Shown here piece after piece: positions 53,506-64,000 of a DNA stretch of 64,000 bases. Source of the stretch: an uncultured Ruminococcus sp. (GTDB lineage Bacteria; Bacillota; Clostridia; Oscillospirales; Acutalibacteraceae); assembly GCA_902768825.1 (NCBI GenBank), contig CACXMR010000004.1, forward strand, positions 14,241-78,240. Reading direction: 5' to 3'. The notes under the pieces were generated by a model. That model had not been told where the DNA came from. It was given only the letters and a program-made list of their open reading frames with translations, and did no database searches. Positions within the stretch are counted from its first letter, which is position 1. The number at the start of each line of letters is the position of its first letter. The translations under genes were made by a program, and so were the position numbers.

Positions 53506-54192
53506 TTATTTCCTGATAATCCTATCAAACAGGCTGTGATCCTTATTGTCTGAATTTCTCAGTATGGTAATAGCCTGTGATGCGTCCTTTGCCTTGAAAA
53601 TACCGGTACCAGAAACACAAATATCAGCCCCGGCCTCAGCCGCTGCAAAAACAGTCTTTTCTGAGATACCGCCGTCAACCTCAAGTAGAACATCAAGACC
53701 CCGTCTTGCGCACTCAGCCCTAAGCTCAACAAGCTTGGGCATCATGTCTGCCATAAACGACTGTCCGCCGAAACCCGGTTCAACAGTCATCACAAGAACC
53801 ATGCCGACTCTGTCAAGGTAAGAAAAAACAGCACTTGCAGGTGTTTTGGGCTTGATGACAAGTCCCGGAACAACTCCCCTGGACACGATCTTATCAATAG
53901 TCTTGTCAATGTCCGAAGCCGCCTCCACATGGAAGGTAATGATATCCGCACCGGCATCGGCAAAGTCGTCAACATACTTCAACGGATGTTCGATCATAAG
54001 GTGCACATCAAAGGGCAGCCTTGTAATAGGGCGAAGCGACTTGATGATTCCAGGTCCGATAGTAATGTTGGGCACAAAATGTCCGTCCATTACATCAAGG
54101 TGAACAAGGTCAGCGCCTGCCCTCTCTATGCGTATCACTTCCTCAGCCATATTAGCAAAGTTGCAAGACAAAAGCGAAGGAGCAACTATCAT
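53506..54192 (-). CDS. rpe: Ribulose-phosphate 3-epimerase
   Basis: IAPSLLS.NF, HLDVMDGHFVPN, DVHLM and VDGGI motifs. Confidence 0.93.
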   Translation of the reverse strand: MIVAPSLLSCNFANMAEEVIRIERAGADLVHLDVMDGHFVPNITIGPGIIKSLRPITRLPFDVHLMIEHPLKYVDDFADAGADIITFHVEAASDIDKTIDKIVSRGVVPGLVIKPKTPASAVFSYLDRVGMVLVMTVEPGFGGQSFMADMMPKLVELRAECARRGLDVLLEVDGGISEKTVFAAAEAGADICVSGTGIFKAKDASQAITILRNSDNKDHSLFDRIIRK

Positions 54193-54231
54193 TTAATACA
54201 GTCCTTTCTGATGACAAATATCCCCGGAACG

Positions 54232-57200
54232 CTATTTCCTGATGGTAGATGCGATTATCGAGGTAACAGACCAGAATCCGATATAGATAAGCATTTCCAG
54301 ACAACCAAGCTTTTCAAAGCCGGAAACGAAGGATATCATGGTTATAGTGACAAGACCGAGAACAAGACCGATGCACTGGAGTATCTTGGAAATGGTCACA
54401 TTTGACTTCATTTTGATACATCCGGAGATCGCCTTGGCAAACGAGGATATCTTTCCCCTGGTGACAAGATAAGCCCTTGAGCGATCCTCTGTCTTTGAGG
54501 TAACATTATTGCAAACCGTTCCAAGGCTTGTAGGAAGCACCGTTATACAGCGATAAAACAGTCCGAAACGATCCGCAAGGCTTTCCCTCGTGATATTGGG
54601 ATCAACGGTGCGGACAATAAAGCTAACACCGTTCTGTTCAAGCTCGTGAAGTTCATTTGCCACATTCTTTGTGGTCTTGTAGGAAAGAATGAACATAGCT
54701 ATAAGGTCACCGCCCACTGAGATGTACATAACATCATTGCCCATCCTGCGGTGCCTTTCCTCCACCTCGATATCGGGCGGATCGATTTTGTGGTAGGATA
54801 AAAGATCCCTGTTGCCGATAAGCACACGGCGGCCCCTCACCCATGCAGAAAGACCGAGTCCATCCTCATAAAAAACATTGTCAACTCTCGGAAGCTGATC
54901 TCTGCTGCACTGAACTATGTTTTCAAACACATGAGTCATGGTGCCGTTGACCTTATACATGATAGCCGCCCCCGAAAGAAGGGCATCGTTGAGCATACTC
55001 TGCTTAAAGGACTTCATTCCGCTGAGAGTAACGGAGCCTGCGGGATAAAGCTGTGAGGAATCTATCATGATAGCGTTGGTATCGGCAAACTGGGTAACAG
55101 TCTCATATCCTGTTATCATAGCGCCGCTTTTGAGAGTATTGCTGCACAGTCTCTTCATGGGAATATTAACCGCAACAAGACATATCATGGGAATACTCAT
55201 ACAGGCGGTCAGTGCAAATGAGGACAGCCCCCCTACAAAGCTCTGATGAATTATTCCATAGGCAACGCCGCAGAGTGCCGAAAATGCAGTAGTCCAGGGT
55301 GCAATCCTTGAAGCGAGCTTCTCGCTGGGGTCGGGAGCATAGGACAGCTGCAGGAAGTTGCTCATAAACTTTGAATGACACATATACCCGATTATTGCGC
55401 TCTGGATGGAAAGCTCAGAGGTCATAAGCTGGGCGTTTTCCCTGTCGGTAAAGATCTTGCCCGCATACTTCGGGAAGGGCTTGACAAGGAAGTTAAAATT
55501 GTAACGGGTCCTGGTTATGATGAGCAGCTTGCCCAGGGAATTGAGTAGCAAACCGAGTATGACCAGCGGAGTATAAACGAACAAGGACCCATCGATGAAT
55601 ACATCGGGGGTAAAAATCGCAGTAATATTCTGCATTGCGGCTGCTACAGCGGCGACAGCCACTGCGGTGTCGGAATTGCCCTTAAAATGCCTTAATGGCA
55701 TGAGGCCGTTGATGATGGGATTTCTTGCGACGATCACCGAGATACCAAAAATAATGAAGCTGATAATGGCAAACCACAGCCAGCCGTTTCTGACAGTTTC
55801 GCTGAAAAGAGCCGTACACTGAGCAATGAGCGATAGCATTATCGATGCAACCGTAGTTGCGGCAAGGGTGATAGTCCTTGCAAAGATCGACTGAAGATTT
55901 GTAGCGATCTCTGTCTTTATAGATTCCGCATCGGACTCCTCAGTATAATCATCAAGCTGGGGTTTTGGTTCGGCCTTTTTTCCAACCACCTCATCGGGGT
56001 CAAATTCCTCTTCGTTTGTGAATATTTCACTGAGACGGATCTTGCTTTTTTCCTTTTTGGCCTTTGCAGCCTTGTGTTTTTCGGCCCGCTTTTCGGCTTT
56101 TTTCCCTATATCGTCAGTTTCAGGCTCCCTGACCTCCTCTAAATCGGCAACCTTAGGCTCAACATCCTTTATCATCTCCTGCAGGGTGTTCCCTTTTGCT
56201 GCAGTGCGGTTTTTATCCGTCACAGGTCCATTGCTGCGCTTTTTATCTGAATGTCCTAAAATGGAGCGCAGCCGTCCGACCGGAGGAGCATTGTTAACAG
56301 CGGTATCTGCATTTGCGGGCTCAGGTTTGCTTTGGGCAGGTTCCTTGATTACCTTTTCTGAACGATATCTGTTCTTATCCAAAGAAATCGAATGGGGCTC
56401 AGGAACAGATTTTTTTGCCGGCTTGGCAGCCTTGGCATTCTCGGCAGCCTGAGCAGCCGCTTCCTGTTGCTTTTTCTTGTCCTCTTCCTCACGCCTGATC
56501 CTGCGAAGAGCCTCATACTCTCCTCTCAGGGTCCTTGTGAACTTTCCTGCCATCACTACGAAGGTATCATTTCCGGGGTAGTGATAGGTAACGGTAGCTA
56601 CCTGAGCCTCGGTAAGATCCTTCGCTTTTTTGGGTTCTTCGTCAGACCCGGATTTGTAGATCATATTGTCCGATACATCAGGAGAGTTGGTCTGAAGCTC
56701 CTGACGGACACCCCATTTTGATGCCTGAACACCAGAAGAATAGCTCTCTGAGTCGGATTCAGCGGACGGCGGTATACTCTGACCCGTCTGAGCAGCATAT
56801 ACTGAGCTGTCCTCATCAAGCGACCCGTTATCCGTGTCGGTGACAGCAAAAGCGGGGGTTTCTGTTGAATCGGAAGCATCTTTTTCGGTTTCTTCCGGCA
56901 TACTGTCAAAGGGCACCGGAAAACTGAATGCTTTGGGATAATCCTCAGATGTCCTTGCGCTACTTTCGGTAATCGAAGCCGTCTCCTGCTCCAGCATTTT
57001 CCTCATATCCGGCTCCGGAGTCTCTGTAGAAGCATCCAAAACAGGCTCAGGTGCCACCTCGACAGGAGTTTGCGGGGCCTGAATGGCAGTTTCCGGTGTA
57101 AAGGCATTGACATTTACACCTGTTGCTTCAGGCTTTTCCTCGACGGAGTCATTCTTAGCCTCGGTTTTTTCAGGCACAGAAGCGGTCTGAACCTCAGCTA

Positions 57201-58659
57201 CAGGTGTTTCGACAGGCTTTTCCTTGGCAGCGGTTTTATCGGAGTTTCCCTTCTGCTCCTTTGCAAACTCAGCAAAAATATCAAATGCCGGAAGCTCTTT
57301 TTTTGCACGAAGATCAACGTGCTTTGCAGGGGGCTTGTACTCAGAAGGTACTCCGGAGCCGACCCGGTGCTCACGCTGATTGGTTTCCGATGCCATCGGG
57401 GCACTTTGAACCGCAGCGGCTGCTGCCTGTCTGTCCGAATCTCTTTCACGCTTGATCTCTTCATCAACCGTTTTTTCAGGTGCTTGTGTGGCTTTGCTGT
57501 CCTCAGGCGTTACAGGCATAGCACCGTTTTCCGGCAACGCCTTACCTGACTGATCTGTTATTTCGGCAGTCAGACCTTTGCTCTCATTGTCGGCTTCTTT
57601 CAGTGCAGGCGCATCGGCTGTCACGGACGTTTCCGCTGTCGTCTCCGATGCACTATCCCTCGGAACAAATACGGTCCTTTCCTTTTCTGCTGACGGCACG
57701 GTTTCTTCTTTTGCCTTGGGCACATCAGTGAAGCTTTCTTCCTTTACAGGAGTGATTTCTATGGGTTCAGCAGACTGTAGAACATTTTCTTCGATATGGT
57801 CAGGAGTTTCGATGGCAGCCTGAGCCGGAAACTGCTGGCCTTCTTCCTTGGCAGGTACAGCGGGAACAGACTCTGTTTCCATGTTATTATCTTCTGCCGC
57901 TGTCATCTGCTGAACTTCCTGACCGGATGCGGGCTTGATTCTTTTCTTTAACAAACGTGAAAGTATATCGTCGTCATAATCAGTTATGTAGCCCTCGTCC
58001 TCATTGTAATCATCATATTCCTCTATGCTAAACCGACTCAGAAAGCCTCTCTTCACAGGGGGCTTGCTTTCCTTTTTGGGCTGTTCTGATGAGGATCTGT
58101 ATCTATCCTTAAAGGAGCTGCTTTTTTCATTTTCATCCTTCTCCGGGACAATAACCTCGTCATCAGGCTCTGGTTCCTCGGATGTTTCCTCGGCCTCAGG
58201 CTGCTGCTTCATGGCATTGAGGACTTTTCCGAATCCCGACCGGAGCTTGCCAAAGAACCCGCCGATTTTTCCCTTTCCCGTTGCATCCCTTTCGGCGGAT
58301 GTCTGCCCGGCTGCACCTGTATCTGCAAAAACCACCTCTCCATCATCATTCTCAGCCTCCATTGACTGAGGACTTTGTGATGATGGCGTGTCCTGCTTGG
58401 GCGCAAGGGCTTCCTCCGGGATCTCCGGGACTGCAGCGTCCATATCAGCCGTTACATTTTCATCGGCTGAATAATCATGGGGATCGTATGAGTCTGCCGC
58501 ATTGGCAACGTAGTCCTTTAGCGAAAAATCACCGGAGCTGTCTGATGTCTGCTGAGAGGATTCCTCTTTTTCCTGCTGATCCTCGCTAAGAAAGAGATTT
58601 TTAAGAGTCGATGCAGACGATCCCTCTGCTGACGGTCTGTTATTATTTGTCTTTGACAT
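54232..58659 (-). CDS. Large membrane protein: ~900-aa disordered acidic/Lys-rich N-terminus plus a P1B-type-ATPase-like C-terminal body with degenerate catalytic motifs
   Basis: The C-terminal ~560 aa is collinear with Cu/heavy-metal P-type ATPases (AWVRGRRVLIGNRDLL, VMYISVGGDLIAMFIL, NGVSFIVRTVDPN). DKTGT is IDSSQ, TGDN is TVDPN, and GDGxND is TRGKIS. GGAGG RBS upstream of the ATG at 58659. Confidence 0.7.
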   Translation of the reverse strand: MSKTNNNRPSAEGSSASTLKNLFLSEDQQEKEESSQQTSDSSGDFSLKDYVANAADSYDPHDYSADENVTADMDAAVPEIPEEALAPKQDTPSSQSPQSMEAENDDGEVVFADTGAAGQTSAERDATGKGKIGGFFGKLRSGFGKVLNAMKQQPEAEETSEEPEPDDEVIVPEKDENEKSSSFKDRYRSSSEQPKKESKPPVKRGFLSRFSIEEYDDYNEDEGYITDYDDDILSRLLKKRIKPASGQEVQQMTAAEDNNMETESVPAVPAKEEGQQFPAQAAIETPDHIEENVLQSAEPIEITPVKEESFTDVPKAKEETVPSAEKERTVFVPRDSASETTAETSVTADAPALKEADNESKGLTAEITDQSGKALPENGAMPVTPEDSKATQAPEKTVDEEIKRERDSDRQAAAAAVQSAPMASETNQREHRVGSGVPSEYKPPAKHVDLRAKKELPAFDIFAEFAKEQKGNSDKTAAKEKPVETPVAEVQTASVPEKTEAKNDSVEEKPEATGVNVNAFTPETAIQAPQTPVEVAPEPVLDASTETPEPDMRKMLEQETASITESSARTSEDYPKAFSFPVPFDSMPEETEKDASDSTETPAFAVTDTDNGSLDEDSSVYAAQTGQSIPPSAESDSESYSSGVQASKWGVRQELQTNSPDVSDNMIYKSGSDEEPKKAKDLTEAQVATVTYHYPGNDTFVVMAGKFTRTLRGEYEALRRIRREEEDKKKQQEAAAQAAENAKAAKPAKKSVPEPHSISLDKNRYRSEKVIKEPAQSKPEPANADTAVNNAPPVGRLRSILGHSDKKRSNGPVTDKNRTAAKGNTLQEMIKDVEPKVADLEEVREPETDDIGKKAEKRAEKHKAAKAKKEKSKIRLSEIFTNEEEFDPDEVVGKKAEPKPQLDDYTEESDAESIKTEIATNLQSIFARTITLAATTVASIMLSLIAQCTALFSETVRNGWLWFAIISFIIFGISVIVARNPIINGLMPLRHFKGNSDTAVAVAAVAAAMQNITAIFTPDVFIDGSLFVYTPLVILGLLLNSLGKLLIITRTRYNFNFLVKPFPKYAGKIFTDRENAQLMTSELSIQSAIIGYMCHSKFMSNFLQLSYAPDPSEKLASRIAPWTTAFSALCGVAYGIIHQSFVGGLSSFALTACMSIPMICLVAVNIPMKRLCSNTLKSGAMITGYETVTQFADTNAIMIDSSQLYPAGSVTLSGMKSFKQSMLNDALLSGAAIMYKVNGTMTHVFENIVQCSRDQLPRVDNVFYEDGLGLSAWVRGRRVLIGNRDLLSYHKIDPPDIEVEERHRRMGNDVMYISVGGDLIAMFILSYKTTKNVANELHELEQNGVSFIVRTVDPNITRESLADRFGLFYRCITVLPTSLGTVCNNVTSKTEDRSRAYLVTRGKISSFAKAISGCIKMKSNVTISKILQCIGLVLGLVTITMISFVSGFEKLGCLEMLIYIGFWSVTSIIASTIRK

Positions 58660-58664
58660 AGGGA

Positions 58665-59438
58665 TCAACCTCCGTTTACTGCTTTTATGCCAAGACGCTG
58701 ACGTGTAAATTCATACATGAGAATACCTGCGGCAACGGATGCATTAAGTGAGTTTATCCGTCCCCGCATCGGCAGCGACAGGATCACATCGCATTTTTCT
58801 CTCACAAGCTTGCCTATACCGTTTCCCTCAGAACCGATCACAAGAGCGGCTGCTCCCTTTAGATCGTTTTCTGCATAGGCCGAGCCTTCCATATCGGCTC
58901 CGTATATCCAGCAGCCCCTTTCCTTCAGCTCATCAAGAGTAGAAGGAATATTGGTCACACGGGCAACAGGCATATATTCATAGGCCCCGGCAGAGGTTTT
59001 GCCCACAGCATAGCTGAGCCCTGCGGCTCTCCTTTTGGGAATAATGATCCCATGAGCTCCGGCACACTCAGCGGTACGAATAATCGCACCAAGGTTATGC
59101 GCATCCTCTATCTCATCAAGCACAATGATAAAAGGAGGTTCGTTTCTGTCCTTGGCAAGCTGAAAGATATCCTCCACTGTAGAATATTCCTTGATGGCAG
59201 CCAGAGCCACCACCCCCTGATGTGACGAACCAGAGCACATCATATCCAGCTTCTTACGGTCAACCTCCTTGATGGGAATATGCATAGCCTTAGCCTTGGC
59301 GGCTATGACCTTCACGGAACCGTTCAGCTCTCCCTTAGCGATCAGCAGGCTGTCAATAGCCCTGCCTGAACGAAGAGCCTCAGTGACAGGGTTTCTGCCC
59401 GCAATAATGTCGCTTCCTTTTTCAAACTTATCGTTCAA
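58665..59438 (-). CDS. rlmB: TrmH/SpoU-family 23S rRNA 2'-O-methyltransferase (RlmB-like)
   Basis: N-terminal substrate-binding domain plus SpoU motifs (LDEIEDAHNLGAIIRTAE, LVIGSEGNGI, INSLNASVAAGI). TTG start. Confidence 0.85.
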   Translation of the reverse strand: MNDKFEKGSDIIAGRNPVTEALRSGRAIDSLLIAKGELNGSVKVIAAKAKAMHIPIKEVDRKKLDMMCSGSSHQGVVALAAIKEYSTVEDIFQLAKDRNEPPFIIVLDEIEDAHNLGAIIRTAECAGAHGIIIPKRRAAGLSYAVGKTSAGAYEYMPVARVTNIPSTLDELKERGCWIYGADMEGSAYAENDLKGAAALVIGSEGNGIGKLVREKCDVILSLPMRGRINSLNASVAAGILMYEFTRQRLGIKAVNGG

Positions 59439-59565
59439 ATTATTTCACCCTATTCGGTAATAATACTATAGCGTTAGTCAGGACAGAACAGCTTCCCCAT
59501 TCTGCCATATAACTTTTTTATTATAACACAAACAAGTCTTAAAATGAATAGATTTAAAAAAAATT

Positions 59566-59604
59566 TCAAAAAAAATTCTCCGCATCGTTTCCGACACGGA
59601 GAAT
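59566..59604 (-). terminator. groEL terminator
   Basis: TTCTCCG / CGGAGAA stem with a 14-nt loop. Long T run on the minus strand. Confidence 0.7.
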
Positions 59605-59629
59605 AAAACAGCGTTATTGCTTTTTGATA

Positions 59630-61261
<1,632 letters not shown>

Positions 61262-61281
61262 TTACCTCCGTTATGATAAAA

Positions 61282-61566
61282 TTATTCTACGATAGCAAGA
61301 ATATCAGACTGACGAACGATGGAATACTCCTCACCGTCAAGCTTCACATCTGTGCCTGAATATCTGCTTGTGATGACCTTCTGTCCGACCTCCACGAACA
61401 TGGTGACCTCGTTTCCGTCAACCATTCCGCCGGGACCTACTGCAACGATAGTTGCAAACTGCGGCTTCTCCTGTGATGCTGCAGTAAGAACGATGCCGCT
61501 CTTTGTGGTCTCTTCTGCTTCCTCTGCTTTTACAACTACTCTGTCCAGCAACGGCTTGATAGTCAT
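61282..61566 (-). CDS. groS: Co-chaperonin GroES
   Basis: 94 aa. IKPLLDRVVVK...SGIVLTAASQEKP. Confidence 0.97.
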   Translation of the reverse strand: MTIKPLLDRVVVKAEEAEETTKSGIVLTAASQEKPQFATIVAVGPGGMVDGNEVTMFVEVGQKVITSRYSGTDVKLDGEEYSIVRQSDILAIVE

Positions 61567-61635
61567 AATAATTGCCTCCTTGATCCTTTTAAAAAATTAT
61601 CCGAGAGTCTCCGTCAACCGGAGGGTGCTCTTGTA

Positions 61636-61662
61636 TTAGCACTCTCACTCTCTGAGTGCTAA
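61636..61662. promoter_or_regulatory. CIRCE operator (HrcA binding site)
   Basis: Perfect TTAGCACTC-N9-GAGTGCTAA, immediately downstream of the groES promoter. Confidence 0.95.
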
Positions 61663-61666
61663 ATAC

Positions 61667-61695
61667 ATTGTAAACTCTTTTAGAAAAAAAATCAA
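61667..61695 (-). promoter_or_regulatory. groES-groEL promoter
   Basis: Minus strand: TTGATT (61695-61690), 17-nt spacer, TACAAT (61672-61667). Confidence 0.65.
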
Positions 61696-61770
61696 GTGTT
61701 ATTTAAAAGTTTTTTCTCATTTCACTGTATATTATAATATATATTTCTCTTATATGGAAAATATTACTCC

Positions 61771-61812
61771 AAAAGAATACTGCCGCAATTATCAAAAAGA
61801 TAAATACGGCAG
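61771..61812 (-). terminator. Possible radC terminator
   Basis: CTGCCG / CGGCAG 6-bp stem with a 21-nt loop. TATTCTTTT on the minus strand. Confidence 0.4.
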
Positions 61813-61829
61813 ATACATATACATAATCA

Positions 61830-62531
61830 TCAGTAGAAAAAGGTCTCAAACTCCTCCAGCTCCGACATCGGGCAAAACTCCATGTCAGATACGATAATAT
61901 GATCGATCAGCCTGACCCCGATGGAAGCAAGAGCGTTTTTCAGCTTCAGAGTCAGCTTTACATCCTGATCTGACGGCAGCGGGATACCACTGGGATGATT
62001 ATGAGCAAGTATTGCACTATATGCCTGGAACTGTATACATAGCTTCAGGATATCCTTGATATTTACCTCCGACGAGGTAAAGCTGCCCTTGCTGATAATA
62101 TCGCAGAAAAGCCTGTTTCCCTTTGCATCAAGTAGCATGAGCAGCACATGCTCCACATCCTTACCTATAAAAAACGGACGGATACAGTCTCCTATATTAT
62201 CAGCATTGATCTGAGTATTCTTATTGTCAGTCAGGTATTTGTCAGTATAATACCTCTCGCAGAGCGAATGAACAAGCTTTATCATACAGGCACAGCTCCT
62301 GCTCAGACCGCAATCCATAAGACTTTCAAGCGAGGCGTCAAAGACGGCGGACAGGCTGCCAAACCTATTCATCAACACATGCCCCATCTCGTTTGTATCC
62401 TTTCTCGGTATACCATAGAACAAAAGCAATTCCATGACCTGATGATCCTCAAAGCCTCTGAGACCTTCCTTCAAAAAGCGATCCCTCACACGATCACGGT
62501 GGCCATCATGTATTCCTTTATTTTCAGCCAT
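61830..62531 (-). CDS. radC: RadC-like JAB-domain protein
   Basis: N-terminal HhH region and JAMM motif ILAHNHPSG. Confidence 0.88.
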   Translation of the reverse strand: MAENKGIHDGHRDRVRDRFLKEGLRGFEDHQVMELLLFYGIPRKDTNEMGHVLMNRFGSLSAVFDASLESLMDCGLSRSCACMIKLVHSLCERYYTDKYLTDNKNTQINADNIGDCIRPFFIGKDVEHVLLMLLDAKGNRLFCDIISKGSFTSSEVNIKDILKLCIQFQAYSAILAHNHPSGIPLPSDQDVKLTLKLKNALASIGVRLIDHIIVSDMEFCPMSELEEFETFFY

Positions 62532-62663
62532 AATTGTTCTCCTTTGCGAGATGTAATATTGGAATAATTATACACTAATAATCACCACAATTCAATTATT
62601 AAATCTATATTTTGCCAATTATTTTGTCAGACAATCCGCACATTCTGATAAAGATTCACAGAC

Positions 62664-62708
62664 AAAAAAGAGCACGAAGCTAACCAAAAAAACTGATTAG
62701 TTTCGTGC
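62664..62708 (-). terminator. purD terminator
   Basis: Minus strand: GCACGAAACTAA...TTAGCTTCGTGC stem followed by TCTTTTTT. Confidence 0.7.
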
Positions 62709-62719
62709 ATAATAATGCA

Positions 62720-63985
62720 TTATTTTGTTTTGCCGATATCCTTCCTGTAATGAGCACCCTCAAAGGATATCTTTTCAACAGCAGCGTAGGCTTTGGCAAG
62801 TGCATCGTCAAGAGTCCTGCCTTCGGCTGTCACGCCCAGCACACGGCCGCCGTTTGTATAAAACTTGCCGTTTTCCAGCTTTGTTCCGGCATGGAAGACC
62901 TCAACACCCTCAAGCTGACCGTTTTCGTCAAGACCTGTGATCTCCAGACCCTTTTTATAAGCAAGCGGATAGCCGCCGGAAGCCATAACGACACAGGCTG
63001 TAGCCTCCTCGCTCCATTCGATGGTAAGCTGAGACAGCCTCTCATCGATCACAGCCTCGATGATATCCACAAGGTCGGTCTTGAGCCTTGGAAGCACCAC
63101 CTGAGCCTCAGGATCACCGAAACGTGCGTTATACTCGATGACCTTGGGACCATCGGGAGTGATCATAAGGCCAAAATAGAGACAACCCTTGAAGGTCCTG
63201 TTTTCGCTGTTCATAGCTGCGACAGTCGGCTCAAAAATGGTCTTGCGGCATATCTCGGCTATCTCCTTGGTATAGTAGGGATTGGGACTTATAGTACCCA
63301 TACCGCCGGTATTAAGTCCCTCGTCGTTATCATTGACACGCTTGTGATCCTTGCTGGAAACCATCGGTACAAGAGAGATGCCATCCGTAAAGGCGAGCAC
63401 AGAGACCTCAGGTCCGGTCAGAAATTCCTCAACAACAATATTGTTTCCAGAATCGCCGAATTTCTTATCCTCCATTATTTCCTTTACAGCTTCTCTTGCT
63501 TCCTTCTGGGTCTGTGCAATAATGACTCCCTTGCCAAGAGCAAGACCGTCCGCCTTGATGACTACGGGATACTTGTTTCTTTCCTCTATGTATGCCATTG
63601 CCTTTGAAGGATCGTCAAACACCTCGTAATCAGCGGTAGGTATGTGATACTTTTTCATAAGGTTCTTTGAAAAAACCTTGCTGCTCTCGATCACAGCGGC
63701 CTCGGCACGAGGACCAAAGGCTCTTATGCCGTTTGCGATAAGGGTGTCAACCATACCCGCCGCAAGGGGATCGTCAGGAGCTACAAAAACCAGATCAACC
63801 GCATTTTTCTTGGAAAACTCAACAATGGCAGCCTTATCCATAGCTCCTATGTCAAGGCACTCCGCATCCTTTGAAATGCCGCCGTTGCCGGGAGCTGCGT
63901 AGATCTTATCTACCTTTGGACTCTGTCTGAGCTTGCGGATGATCGTATGCTCACGTCCTCCGCTGCCGATAACAAGTATTCTCAT
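62720..63985 (-). CDS. purD: Phosphoribosylamine--glycine ligase
   Basis: MRILVIGSGGREH, ATP-grasp core, 421 aa. AGGAGG RBS. Confidence 0.96.
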   Translation of the reverse strand: MRILVIGSGGREHTIIRKLRQSPKVDKIYAAPGNGGISKDAECLDIGAMDKAAIVEFSKKNAVDLVFVAPDDPLAAGMVDTLIANGIRAFGPRAEAAVIESSKVFSKNLMKKYHIPTADYEVFDDPSKAMAYIEERNKYPVVIKADGLALGKGVIIAQTQKEAREAVKEIMEDKKFGDSGNNIVVEEFLTGPEVSVLAFTDGISLVPMVSSKDHKRVNDNDEGLNTGGMGTISPNPYYTKEIAEICRKTIFEPTVAAMNSENRTFKGCLYFGLMITPDGPKVIEYNARFGDPEAQVVLPRLKTDLVDIIEAVIDERLSQLTIEWSEEATACVVMASGGYPLAYKKGLEITGLDENGQLEGVEVFHAGTKLENGKFYTNGGRVLGVTAEGRTLDDALAKAYAAVEKISFEGAHYRKDIGKTK

Positions 63986-64000
63986 TGGAATATTCCTCCT

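Overview
64-kb chromosomal window from an anaerobic, spore-forming Firmicute. It looks Clostridia / Ruminococcaceae-like, judged only from gene content: alpha/beta SASP, NrdDG, type III glutamine synthetase, cohesin-like protein, perfect CIRCE upstream of groES-groEL. I count about 45 credible protein genes, mostly on the minus strand. I saw no rRNA, tRNA, CRISPR array, transposase or integrase. Housekeeping blocks: purD, radC, groES/groEL, rlmB, rpe, rpsF-ssb-rpsR, glnN, nrdDG, glgB, luxS, aroF, and a complete preQ1 operon (queD-queE-folE-queC-queF) behind a preQ1-I riboswitch. Four regions deserve attention. (1) 7997-27532: a 4021-aa four-module NRPS ending in a thioester reductase, so the predicted product is a capped tripeptide aldehyde. 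It is flanked by a partner-switching set split in an unusual way: a propeller-sensor PP2C phosphatase, a STAS protein, and a SpoIIAB/RsbW-like HATPase domain fused to a MATE exporter. No sigma factor gene is present. (2) 38262-43494: a five-gene operon encoding a receiver protein, a histidine-kinase-like protein whose H-box His is Asn, a VTC/polyphosphate-polymerase-like protein, a DUF4956 membrane protein and a Cthe_2159-like beta-helix lipoprotein. I read this as a candidate uncharacterised bacterial VTC-type polyphosphate system. (3) 54232-58659: a 1475-aa protein with a ~900-aa disordered N-terminus and a P1B-ATPase-like body in which every catalytic motif is degenerate. (4) 2027-2379: an aromatic-codon-rich leader peptide attenuator upstream of DAHP synthase. 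All motif calls, alignments and hairpins were made by eye. Coordinates of small elements may be off by a few nt, and no database search was possible.
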